DNA of 64,000 nucleotides. It comes from Desulfobacterales bacterium (lineage in GTDB: Bacteria > Desulfobacterota > Desulfobacteria > Desulfobacterales > UBA5616). Under the pieces are notes generated by a model that saw nothing but the letters and a program-made list of their open reading frames with translations, ran no database searches and was not told the origin of the DNA. Positions 20,374 to 29,922 of this stretch are shown piece by piece (positions within the stretch are counted from its first letter, which is position 1; each line of letters begins with the position of its first letter). The stretch covers positions 70,939 through 134,938 of the forward strand of contig JAWODC010000049.1 of NCBI GenBank assembly GCA_046483495.1, in the 5' to 3' direction. A program made the position numbers and the translations under genes.

Positions 20374-20666
20374 GGCTCCCCCCTGAATGTGTGAAGGTGT
20401 AAAAATGCCGACGGAAGCCCTTGGGGTTTTTCCCGCCGGATGAAAAACCGGAAAACGTGTTCGTGCATATGGGCAAGGTAAATGAGATGCATGAAATGTT
20501 CGAGCCGACCTGCAAAAAATGGAAATCCGGGTCTATGGTAGGAATTCTCCCGAACTTCCAGGAGCGTCTTTTGCGTGAATGTTCTCAGATGGTAATTACA
20601 ATCCGGGTTGCGGCACTCTCGAAAAGAAGGAATCGTAGAAAAACCCAAACCCGAATTATTTTTTTT

Positions 20667-20695
20667 CCTATATCGGAGAATAACGGGTGAGTCAA
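20667..20695 (-). promoter_or_regulatory. Putative sigma70 promoter for the CoA-transferase operon
   Basis: Minus strand TTGACT-N17-TATAGG. Confidence 0.5.
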
Positions 20696-20859
20696 GCAGT
20701 GTTGACCGGTGCAGCCGGTTTCGTCCTTCTAAAAGGCCTGAAACCAGCGGCCGAGCATTTTTTTGTTTGTAACTTTGTCGAAAGTTTTATAGGGTCCTTC
20801 ATTCCGGACTCTAAAAGACAATTGGGCGCATACAGAATACGGTTAAAGGAATTTTATAC

Positions 20860-22287
20860 ATGAATAGAATGGATCTGGAGCGATTTTTTTATCCCAGGCA
20901 CATCGCTGTTGTCGGCGTTTCGAGCAAAAATCTGAATTTCGGCGGTTCCAGTTTTTTGGCAAAACTGAAGGAAAGCAGCTATTCAGGCAAACTTTATCCC
21001 ATCAATCCAAAAATCGATGCGGTGCTGGGCCATAGGGCTTTTCCATCGTTATCATCTCTTCCGGAATCACCGGATATGGCCATGCTCTGTGTTCCGGCGA
21101 TGCACATCCCGGATCTGCTCGAGGAATGCGCTCGTGTGGGCACCCGTCATATCCACATTCTGACCTCCGGTTTCAAAGAAGTCGGCACTCCCGAGGGAAA
21201 ACGGCTGGAGGCCCTTGTTGCTTCCATATCCAGAGAAAACGGGCTTTTTGTCATGGGGCCGAACTGCATGGGGCCCTATTGCCCGTCCTCGGGTTTAACC
21301 GCATGGGGAGCCATTCCGGGTCTTCCCGGTAATATCGGGATCATCAGCCAGAGCGGCGGCATTACCCAGCGGCTGACGGAATACCTTTTTTTTCTGGGCA
21401 TCGGGGTTGAAAAGGCGGTGAGTATCGGCAATGCTGCCGTGCTAAACAGCATGGATTATCTCGAATACATGGGGCGGGACGAAAAAATAGACGTCATCGG
21501 CATGTATCTGGAAGGGATAAACGATGGCCGGAAACTGCTGAACCTGGCCCGTGAAATCTGCCGAAGCAAACCCGTTGTCATATGGAAAGGCGGCGAGTCG
21601 GAGACTGGAGCGGCCGCGGCCTCTTCACACACGGGCGCCATGGCGGGGAAAGCGAAACTCTGGGAAGCCTTTTTTCAGCAGACGGGGGTTGCCCGTGTCC
21701 GGTCGATGGACGAATGGGCCGATGTGCTGTTGGCCTTTTCGTGTCTCCCACAACCCGCAGGAAAGGGCGTTTTTGTTATCGGCGGAGGGGGCGGCCACAG
21801 CGTGACCAATACGGATGCCTGCATTCGGGAAGGCCTAAACGTTCCGGCGCTTTCTGAAAAAACGATGGCGGCTCTCCGGGAAACCGTTCCAAAGGCGGGA
21901 TCCATTGCCGGCAACCCGTTGGACGACTGGCAGGTCTTTGCAGATCCCGACTACCTGGGCCGAATTCTCGGACTGGCTTATCAAGACCCTTCCGTAGATA
22001 TAGCGGTGGTGGACCGATTAATTCCCAGAAAAGCCTTTCACACCTTTGATGAAACAGACCCGACCCCCCGGGTGATAGAGGTCATAAGCCGCATGCAGAA
22101 CCGAAAACCCACCGTTTTTACTGTGGATTCTGAAGGGGGAGATCCGGATCTGGCCCAAAAAGGCGCGGTTATGCGGGCCATGTTCTGCCACCAAAAAGTA
22201 CCGGCCTTTCCGACCATCAAAAGAGCGGCCGGGGCACTGAAAAGGGTATATGATTATTATCGAAGCGTTGCGCAGTTGCGCGGATGA
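20860..22287 (+). CDS. Second ADP-forming acyl-CoA synthetase alpha-subunit-like protein
   Basis: FYPRHIAVVGVS, GPNCMG, SQSGG, SHTGAMAG, NPLD. Confidence 0.88.
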   Translation: MNRMDLERFFYPRHIAVVGVSSKNLNFGGSSFLAKLKESSYSGKLYPINPKIDAVLGHRAFPSLSSLPESPDMAMLCVPAMHIPDLLEECARVGTRHIHILTSGFKEVGTPEGKRLEALVASISRENGLFVMGPNCMGPYCPSSGLTAWGAIPGLPGNIGIISQSGGITQRLTEYLFFLGIGVEKAVSIGNAAVLNSMDYLEYMGRDEKIDVIGMYLEGINDGRKLLNLAREICRSKPVVIWKGGESETGAAAASSHTGAMAGKAKLWEAFFQQTGVARVRSMDEWADVLLAFSCLPQPAGKGVFVIGGGGGHSVTNTDACIREGLNVPALSEKTMAALRETVPKAGSIAGNPLDDWQVFADPDYLGRILGLAYQDPSVDIAVVDRLIPRKAFHTFDETDPTPRVIEVISRMQNRKPTVFTVDSEGGDPDLAQKGAVMRAMFCHQKVPAFPTIKRAAGALKRVYDYYRSVAQLRG

Positions 22288-22293
22288 TCTCAA

Positions 22294-22334
22294 TGGTATC
22301 CATCCGGACATGAAAAATTTCCGGATGAAAACCA
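22294..22334. repeat. Intergenic palindrome of the CATCCGGA repeat family
   Basis: CATCCGGA (22301-22308) / TCCGGATG (22320-22327) inverted repeat with flanking TGGT/ACCA. Confidence 0.5.
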
Positions 22335-22356
22335 ACTGGTAAAAGGAGGTTGATCA

Positions 22357-23148
22357 ATGACGGATCTGAGCAGATTTTCTCTCGAAGGCAAAGTCGCCAT
22401 GGTGACCGGCGGGAGTAAAGGCATCGGGCGGATGACGGCCATTGGTTTTGCAAAGGCGGGTGCGGATGTCATCATCGTCAGCCGAAAAATGGAGGAACTG
22501 GAAAACGTCGCCGCAGAAATAGAAGAAGCCGGGCAGCGGGCGCTGCCCATTTCGGCTCATATCGGGCGTATCGCTGAATTGCCGAAAGTCGTAGAAAAAG
22601 CGGCTGCAGAATTCGGGAAGATCGATATCCTTGTCAACAACGCCGCAACAAGCCCCGCTTATACAACCATACTGGAGGCCGAGGAGCGCCTGTGGGACAC
22701 CATTATGAACCTGAACCTGAAAGGGGTTTACTTTCTTATTCAATCCGTAGCGAAAGTTATGAAGGCACACGGCGGCGGCAGTATCATCAATGTTTCCTCG
22801 ATCGACAGCTTGAAACCGCAAAATCAGGTCGGCATATATTCCGTTTCGAAAGCAGGGCTGAACATGCTGACCAAATCCGCCGCCTTGGAGCTTGCTCCCT
22901 ATAACATTCGGGTAAACGGTATCGCCCCCGGAGCGGTGCGGACCCGGCTTCTGGAAGCGCTGTTCGCCCATTTTCCAGAGGAGGAAAGGAATTCGGAAAT
23001 CGCAAAAATGGGGGAATCCATGCCCTTGAAACGGGTCGCCGTGCCCGATGACATGGTAGGGGCAATGATTTATTTGGCATCCGATGCGGCTGCCTATACA
23101 ACGGGTGAAGTCATCGTTATAGACGGCGGCGCGCTGCTTGCCGATTGA
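22357..23148 (+). CDS. Classical short-chain dehydrogenase/reductase
   Basis: TGGSKGIG, NNAA, YSVSK (YxxxK), IRVNGIAPG. Confidence 0.93.
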   Translation: MTDLSRFSLEGKVAMVTGGSKGIGRMTAIGFAKAGADVIIVSRKMEELENVAAEIEEAGQRALPISAHIGRIAELPKVVEKAAAEFGKIDILVNNAATSPAYTTILEAEERLWDTIMNLNLKGVYFLIQSVAKVMKAHGGGSIINVSSIDSLKPQNQVGIYSVSKAGLNMLTKSAALELAPYNIRVNGIAPGAVRTRLLEALFAHFPEEERNSEIAKMGESMPLKRVAVPDDMVGAMIYLASDAAAYTTGEVIVIDGGALLAD

Positions 23149-23174
23149 ATGCTGTTTTTGTGATTGTGGAACTC

Positions 23175-24920
23175 CTAACGGCCGTAAGCGTCCCTGACCT
23201 TCTGGCGCAGCATTTTTCCTGCCGGAGAAAACGGAATATCGTCTACAAACACAATGGATTTTGGAATTTTGTATCCGGCTAATTTCCCCCGGCAGAATGT
23301 GCTGATTTCCTCCGGGGTTGCCGTTTCGCCCGGTTTCAGCTTGATTATACCGCGCACTCGGCTGCCCCACTCTTCATCGGGGACACCGATGATGCAGACT
23401 GCGTCGACCTTGGAATGGGTCGAAATGACTTCCTCCACTTCCAGAGGAAAAACTTTTTCTCCGCCTGTATTGATGCATTCCTTCTTGCGGTCGATCACCC
23501 GTATTTCACCGGTTTCATCGATGTAGCCCAGGTCGCCGCTTTTAAACCAGCCGTCCGCCATTGCAAGCCGGGTTTTTTCATCGTCCTTGTAGTAGCCCTT
23601 CATCAGGGTAGTGGATCGGTACAAAATTTCGCCGGTTTCGCCGCGCGCAACTTCGTTGTTGTTTTCATCCACAACCTTGACATCCACGATGGAGCTGCCC
23701 ACGGACCTGTCCTTGATTTGGTCAGGATCGATATCGATCTTGAAAGAGGTTACCGGGGTCATCTCCGTCTGTCCGAACGCGTCCAGGATCATGGCCTCCG
23801 GGAAGGCTTGCAGAATTTTCTTCTTCAATTCTGACGGACAGGCACCGCCGCCGGTGGCCACGAGCCGAATCGATTGGACATTATAGGTGTCGAAGTACGG
23901 GTACGTTAAGAGTTTCTTCCATCCTGTGGGGACGTTTGCCAGGCTGTACACCTGCTCATCTTCAACGAGTCTGAGAATATCGGCGGGATCGAACTTGGGG
24001 CTTTTGGGAAGAACATAACAGACCGATCCGGTAAGAGCCCCCATCATCAGGTTTGCATAGGCGGCGTCATGAAAAAAGGGCATGGACGGGTACATGGATT
24101 TTCGCATCTGTTTATAGCCCGCGCGCAGCCTTTTCGGTTCCATAATGCTTTTTCCGACCCTTTCCTGAAGGGTTTTTACCGTATTGGGCCTTTCCATCAG
24201 GTATCGAAACAGAGGGGATCGGTAAAAAGGCCCCAACAGGGGTTTGAGGGGCAGGGTCGAGTCCGCGATCATTTTCCTTTTTCGTTCGGGCGGCATATCC
24301 ATGGTAAATGTCCGTACGATCAGGTGTGCGGACATCATCGAGAACATATCCAAATGTCCCTTATAGGTGAGCATGACCCCCTTGGGAAAACCCGTTGTGC
24401 CGCCGGTATAAATCATAACCGCGACATCCTCCCATGCCGTTGCCGCCCCCGGGTCTTCGGGGTCACCCGAATTGACGAATGCTTCGTAGTCGATCACATG
24501 ATCGGCATCGGTTTTTCCGAAGCCGATAATATGTTCGACATTCGAAAGATTCGGCAGGGCAGGCACGACCGTGTCCGACCACATTCCGTCAAAAATGAAT
24601 ACACGTGCATCGGAATGGTTTGCCTGAAATTCGATCTCACCGGGGACAAACCGGTAGTTCATGGGGCAGGGCACCGCCCCCGCCACCTGTATGCCGAAGT
24701 TGATCTCCATGAACTCGGGGGTATTATGAAACATGAAGGCCACTTTGTCGTTTTTTTTAACTCCGAGCCGAATCAAAGCCTGGGCGATTTTAAACACCCG
24801 CGGAACCAGGTCCTTCCATCTTATCCGCCGGTCATTGTAGATAATGATTTCTCCTTCAGGGTTGTACGTCGCGCATGAGGTGAAACTGTCGGCAATGATG
24901 TTTGGTGAGAAAGAACTCAT
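23175..24920 (-). CDS. AMP-forming acyl-CoA synthetase (ANL superfamily)
   Basis: YTGGTTGFPKG P-loop, FGQTE, SGDLG, DRKKE.I.TGGEKVFP.EVE, terminal GKM; GGAGG RBS before 24920. Confidence 0.92.
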   Translation of the reverse strand: MSSFSPNIIADSFTSCATYNPEGEIIIYNDRRIRWKDLVPRVFKIAQALIRLGVKKNDKVAFMFHNTPEFMEINFGIQVAGAVPCPMNYRFVPGEIEFQANHSDARVFIFDGMWSDTVVPALPNLSNVEHIIGFGKTDADHVIDYEAFVNSGDPEDPGAATAWEDVAVMIYTGGTTGFPKGVMLTYKGHLDMFSMMSAHLIVRTFTMDMPPERKRKMIADSTLPLKPLLGPFYRSPLFRYLMERPNTVKTLQERVGKSIMEPKRLRAGYKQMRKSMYPSMPFFHDAAYANLMMGALTGSVCYVLPKSPKFDPADILRLVEDEQVYSLANVPTGWKKLLTYPYFDTYNVQSIRLVATGGGACPSELKKKILQAFPEAMILDAFGQTEMTPVTSFKIDIDPDQIKDRSVGSSIVDVKVVDENNNEVARGETGEILYRSTTLMKGYYKDDEKTRLAMADGWFKSGDLGYIDETGEIRVIDRKKECINTGGEKVFPLEVEEVISTHSKVDAVCIIGVPDEEWGSRVRGIIKLKPGETATPEEISTFCRGKLAGYKIPKSIVFVDDIPFSPAGKMLRQKVRDAYGR

Positions 24921-25173
24921 GTCCGCCTCCTCTTTTGAATGGTATCGATGCAGATTCACCGGATGTTGACAGAATCTGTGATTTCCCATATTGATATGGC
25001 AATGTTTCCGCTTCTCTCTCAGGGCGGATTCGGGGACCGAACATTTTCGAAAATGGTCGAAGCCTTGGCCGGCGTTTCGGTCAGGAGTCTTGCTGCGAGT
25101 TCAGGCGGGTCGGCCGCGGCGATGCAGATTCCCAAGTAATGTATGCGTATACCAAAAGATGGAGTAAATCAAT

Positions 25174-26142
25174 ATGCAAAAACCGTTTCAGCCGGTGTTT
25201 CCGCTTAAGCATCCTGTGATTCAAACCGTGCTGGCAAGCAGCCGCCTGAGGACGGTGGGCAGAAAGGCCGTTCTGGAGAATGCCCAAAAATACATAGTGA
25301 CTACACGGGAGCAGGTTCGCCTGTTGGGTTTTTTGTCTCCCCGGCCGCCCGGCTCATGCAATGGGCTTGTCATTTTACTGAACGGATGGGAGGGGAATTC
25401 CGATTCCGCCTACATGCTGAGCACCGCCGATCATTTGTGGCATCACGGCTTTTCCGTGTTCCGATTGAATTACCGGGATCATGGAGAGAGCCACCACTTG
25501 AATCCCGGGCTTTTTTACGCCACGCTGCTGGATGAAGTATTCGAAGGCGTCGAGCAGGCTGCTCAGATGGGTGGAGGAATTCCGGTATTTCTGGCCGGTT
25601 TTTCCCTCGGGGGAAATTTTGTCCTTCGAATTGCACGAAAATGTTCAACATCTCCCATACCGCAGCTTCGTCATGTCATGAGCATCAGTCCCGCGTTGGA
25701 TCCGGCAAAATCTACGGATGCCATAGACAAACACCCCCTGATCCGATCTTATTTTTTGAAAAAATGGAAGCGTTCATTGCGGATCAAACAGCGGACGTTC
25801 CCGGATTTGTATGATTTCAGTGAGGTGTTAAAAGAAAACAGCCTGCGGGTCATGACCGAGGTGCTGATACGCCGGTACACGGACTATGAAACGGCGGCAC
25901 ACTATTTTCAGTCCTATACCGTGTATCCGGAAGATGTGTCGGGTAGCCCCGTTCCCACCACAATCATTACGGCTCAAGATGATCCTATCATACCTGTGGC
26001 GGATTTTCAGGCACTGAACGGAAATGAAAATATCCGACTGGTAATTCATGCAAACGGCGGGCACAACGGCTTTCTGGAAAATTTCAGATTCAATACATGG
26101 TATGAACGGGAAATGGTTCGGCTGTTCGCAGCCGAAGAGTGA
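25174..26142 (+). CDS. Alpha/beta hydrolase (YheT/ABHD-like esterase)
   Basis: GFSLGG nucleophile elbow, AQDDPII, GGHNGF. Confidence 0.88.
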   Translation: MQKPFQPVFPLKHPVIQTVLASSRLRTVGRKAVLENAQKYIVTTREQVRLLGFLSPRPPGSCNGLVILLNGWEGNSDSAYMLSTADHLWHHGFSVFRLNYRDHGESHHLNPGLFYATLLDEVFEGVEQAAQMGGGIPVFLAGFSLGGNFVLRIARKCSTSPIPQLRHVMSISPALDPAKSTDAIDKHPLIRSYFLKKWKRSLRIKQRTFPDLYDFSEVLKENSLRVMTEVLIRRYTDYETAAHYFQSYTVYPEDVSGSPVPTTIITAQDDPIIPVADFQALNGNENIRLVIHANGGHNGFLENFRFNTWYEREMVRLFAAEE

Positions 26143-26311
26143 TTTGCCGCCGGGGGGTTATCATCCGGAAAGGAGAAAATTTCCTTCGGGTAAAGGCGGC
26201 CGGAAAATGCCAACCGCAGGAAAACAGGTTTTTGGGAATTAACATTTTCCGACCGGCGCAGAAAGGCGCAAATCATCCGTTTTCGAAGGGACACCAGGGG
26301 AGGACGGACAT

Positions 26312-26866
26312 ATGGAACATTCCATACTTGTTCCCATAGCAGAGGGAACGGAGGAATTGGAGGCCGTCGGCATTATCGATGTGCTGCGGCGTGCGGAGGC
26401 CGATGTTGACGTTGCCTCCGTTGGTGAGCTTCAGATCACCGCATCCCGGGGGACCCGGATAACGGCGGATGTCACGCTTTCGCGTTGCAAAAATAAATCA
26501 TATGATGTGATCGCACTGCCCGGCGGTATTCCCGGGGCCTATCACTTGAGAGATTGCGATGATCTTATCGAAATGCTGAAGCGGCAGAAGGAAAAAGGCG
26601 GATGGATAGCCGCCATCTGTGCGGCGCCGGCCGTAGTATTGGCACATCATGGACTTCTCGGCGGTTTGAAGGCCACCTGTCATCCGGCGTTTGCCCATGA
26701 GATCGAAAACAAGGCGGCCATGGACTCCCGGGTGGTTGTGGACGGCGGGTTCGTGACCAGCCGGGGTGCGGGTACGGCAGTGGAGTTTGCGCTGATGCTC
26801 GTGTCTCTGCTTTTCGATGAAAAAAAGACTGCCTCCGTAGCAGACGCCATGTTGGCCCGTTATTGA
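26312..26866 (+). CDS. DJ-1/YajL/PfpI family protein
   Basis: GTEELEAV..IDVLRRA, LPGG.PG, AICAAP, TSRGAGTA.EFAL. Confidence 0.92.
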   Translation: MEHSILVPIAEGTEELEAVGIIDVLRRAEADVDVASVGELQITASRGTRITADVTLSRCKNKSYDVIALPGGIPGAYHLRDCDDLIEMLKRQKEKGGWIAAICAAPAVVLAHHGLLGGLKATCHPAFAHEIENKAAMDSRVVVDGGFVTSRGAGTAVEFALMLVSLLFDEKKTASVADAMLARY

Positions 26867-26908
26867 CGGGTGAAAAAGCACTTAAAAAAAAATGGATGAC
26901 ACGATTAT

Positions 26909-27283
26909 ATGAAAGCCCTCTTGATCATGGCACACGGCAGCCGAAAGCGAACGCCGAATGCCGAAGTGCTCGAGCTTGCCAAAAGCTTCGAGGAAATGCC
27001 TGAAAACGAATTCGATATGGTTTCGGGTGCCTTTATCCGTTTTGCGTCGCCGCTGTTCGAGGACCAGGTGGATAAACTGGCGGCAAAAGGCGCCACTCAA
27101 ATCGTTGTCTTTCCTTATTTCATAGCCGCGGGAAGCCATGTTTCACTGGATATACCCAAGCTCATAGAAACGGCCAAAGCCAAACACCCCGGCATTGATT
27201 TCAGGTTGATTCCGCCCATCGGTCGGCTCAAGGGGATCAAAAAATTCCTGGTAACCGAAATCAGCGCTTATCTGCAGGCGTAA
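26909..27283 (+). CDS. CbiX/SirB-type small sirohydrochlorin chelatase domain protein
   Basis: AHGSR, PYFIAAGSHV..DIP. Confidence 0.85.
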   Translation: MKALLIMAHGSRKRTPNAEVLELAKSFEEMPENEFDMVSGAFIRFASPLFEDQVDKLAAKGATQIVVFPYFIAAGSHVSLDIPKLIETAKAKHPGIDFRLIPPIGRLKGIKKFLVTEISAYLQA

Positions 27284-27335
27284 CAGCATAAGTGCCGCCG
27301 AAACGCCCACGTAAGCTACTGAAACGAAAACCGCT

Positions 27336-28160
27336 TCATTCGGGCTTTAGAAAAATCATGCTGCTGCAGGTGTTCTGGAGGGCCACATCCAGTCGCGCTT
27401 TACAGCCGTTCAGCGCAGATCCTACATGGCTAAACGCCGTTTCCGGGGTATTGTTCGTTTCACTGAGATGCCCCAGCAGCACGTGTTTGAGTCCGTCGTG
27501 CTTCAATTCGCTTAACAGGATTTTTGATGCCTCATTGGAAAGATGACCGCCGCGGCTTCTGATCCGCTGCTTTACAGGCCATGGGTAGGGACCGGTTTCC
27601 AACATCTTTTCATCGTGGTTGGCCTCCAAAAACAGCGCGTCGCAGTCCTTCAAGTGATGTTTCACCACGGCCGTGGCGATACCGAGGTCCGTCGCCAGGC
27701 CTATTTTCAAGCGCTTGAAACCGACCGTAAAGCCCGTCGGGTCCGTGGCGTCATGCGAAAGGGAAAACGGATGTATGCGCAGTTGGTTGACGGCAAACGA
27801 ACGGCCGCAGGAAAACGTTTCCTCGAGATGAACGTTTTTAATGACAGGCAAAGCCGCGGCTTTTGTTTTGGCGTTTATATAAACCGGGATTTTGTAGCGC
27901 CGGGAAAGAACACCGACACCCCTGACATGATCGATATGTTCGTGGGAAACAATAATGGCATTAATGCCTCCGGGAGAAATCCCCCGTGACATCAACCGCC
28001 GTTCGATATCGATGCCGGAAAGCCCCGCATCGAATAAAACAGCCGTCGTACCGTCCGACACATAAACCGCATTTCCTTTGCTGCCGCTGGCCAGTGAACA
28101 GAGGCAAAATTGCGGGATCATTCCGTTGTCATTTTCGGCGTCTGCCACCATGGGTACCAC
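27336..28160 (-). CDS. MBL-fold metallo-hydrolase (YycJ/WalJ-like)
   Basis: LASGSKGN, SHEHIDH, SHDA, TDLG, EANHD, GHLSN, HLSETNN. Confidence 0.9.
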   Translation of the reverse strand: MVPMVADAENDNGMIPQFCLCSLASGSKGNAVYVSDGTTAVLFDAGLSGIDIERRLMSRGISPGGINAIIVSHEHIDHVRGVGVLSRRYKIPVYINAKTKAAALPVIKNVHLEETFSCGRSFAVNQLRIHPFSLSHDATDPTGFTVGFKRLKIGLATDLGIATAVVKHHLKDCDALFLEANHDEKMLETGPYPWPVKQRIRSRGGHLSNEASKILLSELKHDGLKHVLLGHLSETNNTPETAFSHVGSALNGCKARLDVALQNTCSSMIFLKPE

Positions 28161-28191
28161 CCGAAATCAGATTAAGGCCTAAAGAAGACGA

Positions 28192-28653
28192 CTATCGCAT
28201 ACCCGTGTGTCCGAAACCTCCAAAATTCCGGTTTGTCGTGCTCAACGCGCGCACGATTTTAATATCGGCGCGGCACACCGTGTGGATGACCATTTGGGCG
28301 ATTCGGTCTTTTCTGTGAATCACGAATGGGGATTTGCCGAAGTTGATCAGCGCGATTTTGACTTCCCCCCGATAATCGGCGTCAACCGTCCCCGGTGAAT
28401 TGATGATCCCTATGCCGTAATTTACCGCCAATCCGCTTCTCGGACGGATCTGGGCTTCGTAACCTTCCGGCAGCGCCATGGAAAAGCCGGTCGGAATGAG
28501 TTCCACAGCGCCGGGAGGAAGGGTGACATCCTCCGTCACAGCGGCATAGATGTCCATCCCCGCCGACAGAGGCGTCATGTACCGGGGCAGTGGAATGTCC
28601 CGGTCCGCTTCGGGATTCAGGCGAAGGATTTCTACTTTAGGCCTGTTATACAT
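28192..28653 (-). CDS. dut: dUTP diphosphatase
   Basis: SAGMD, RPRSGLA, GTVDADYRGE, RIAQ, GGFGHTG. Confidence 0.95.
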   Translation of the reverse strand: MYNRPKVEILRLNPEADRDIPLPRYMTPLSAGMDIYAAVTEDVTLPPGAVELIPTGFSMALPEGYEAQIRPRSGLAVNYGIGIINSPGTVDADYRGEVKIALINFGKSPFVIHRKDRIAQMVIHTVCRADIKIVRALSTTNRNFGGFGHTGMR

Positions 28654-28654
28654 A

Positions 28655-29917
28655 TCAGATATTAAGAAGCGATTCAAATGCAAGGGGGTTTTTCACCGGT
28701 CCCAAAAGCGTCATGGAAAGGTATTTATTGTCGAATATGGTCCGGCTCAAGCGCTGTATGTCGGCCTGTGTAACAGCATCTATCGCGTTCAAGACCTCTT
28801 CCAAAGCAATGTTCCTGCCGAAATGAATTTCATTTCGGGCCAGACGCACCATTTGGTTGTCGATATTCTCGGAGGCAAGCACCAGGGATCCTTTTGTAAA
28901 TTCCTTGGCGTCGGCCAATTCCGAGGGTTCTACAGTTGATGTTTTGATTTGCCCCATCGCATCGACGATCATCTTAACGGCTCTTTCGGCGTCTTTGGGG
29001 TCTGTCGCTGCATAAGAGCCGAATAAACCCGTATCTTCATATGAGGATGCATAGGAGTAAACGCTGTAGGCAAGCCCTTCTCTTTCCCGGATTTGCTGAA
29101 ACAGACGCGAGCTCATATTGCCCCCCAGAATCGTATTGATCAGTGAGAGGGCATATCTGGAGGAATCGGCAACCGGGACCCCTTTCGTGTTCAAGCTGAT
29201 GTGGATCTGTTCAAGCTCTTTAACGGATATGCTGACGCCGGCAATTCCTTCAGGCGTGACGCGCTCGGGAAAGCCGTTTTGCGGCGCGATGGATTCGAAA
29301 TCATTTCCCAATAAATCTACGAATCGATTATGGTTCACATTTCCTGCAGCGGAGATGACGATCCGTTCCGGCTGATAGTATGAAGAAAAGAACCTGCGGG
29401 TCATGGCGGCGTCGAATCGGTGGATATTTTCTCGCGTGCCGAGAACCGATCTTCCCAGTGGATTGTTTTTCCAGAAGGCGTTGGTGGATAGGATATGGAT
29501 ATAATCTTCAGGGCTGTCCTCCATCATACTGATTTCCTGCATAATGACCGGCCGCTCTTTTTCGATTTCAGTATCCGCGAACAGCGAGTTCAAGAAAATA
29601 TCCGCTAAAATATCCACCATGACGTCCAATCGGCTGTCCATCACCTTCGCATGATAGCAGGTGCTTTCCATCGAGGTAAAGGCGTTGGTATATCCGCCGA
29701 TGGCATCGAATGCCTTTGCGATTTGATACCCTGTCCGTTTACGGGTGCCCTTGAAGAGCATGTGCTCGATGAAATGCGCCATACCGCTTTCCGGATCGGA
29801 TTCATCCCGGGCACCCACGGCAACCCATATGCCCATGGACACGGACCGCGTGTGGGGAATATGTTTGGTCAAAAGACGAACGCCGTTTGCAAGTGTGGTT
29901 TTTTGAATAGGTTCCAT
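28655..29917 (-). CDS. M16 family (pitrilysin-like) peptidase
   Basis: HFIEH inverted zinc motif, NAFTS.E, GGNMSSRLFQ.IRE..GLAYSV; usual position after pnp. Confidence 0.93.
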   Translation of the reverse strand: MEPIQKTTLANGVRLLTKHIPHTRSVSMGIWVAVGARDESDPESGMAHFIEHMLFKGTRKRTGYQIAKAFDAIGGYTNAFTSMESTCYHAKVMDSRLDVMVDILADIFLNSLFADTEIEKERPVIMQEISMMEDSPEDYIHILSTNAFWKNNPLGRSVLGTRENIHRFDAAMTRRFFSSYYQPERIVISAAGNVNHNRFVDLLGNDFESIAPQNGFPERVTPEGIAGVSISVKELEQIHISLNTKGVPVADSSRYALSLINTILGGNMSSRLFQQIREREGLAYSVYSYASSYEDTGLFGSYAATDPKDAERAVKMIVDAMGQIKTSTVEPSELADAKEFTKGSLVLASENIDNQMVRLARNEIHFGRNIALEEVLNAIDAVTQADIQRLSRTIFDNKYLSMTLLGPVKNPLAFESLLNI

Positions 29918-29922
29918 CAGGT

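Noticed and set aside
20370..20690. Short ORFs of 92 aa (-) and 89 aa (+)
   Set aside because: No motifs or RBS; they overlap a promoter region and are probably non-coding.
26140..26275. Multi-branch RNA fold upstream of the DJ-1 gene
   Set aside because: Stems are short and mutually overlapping in GC-rich sequence; only the CATCCGGAAA repeat core was kept.
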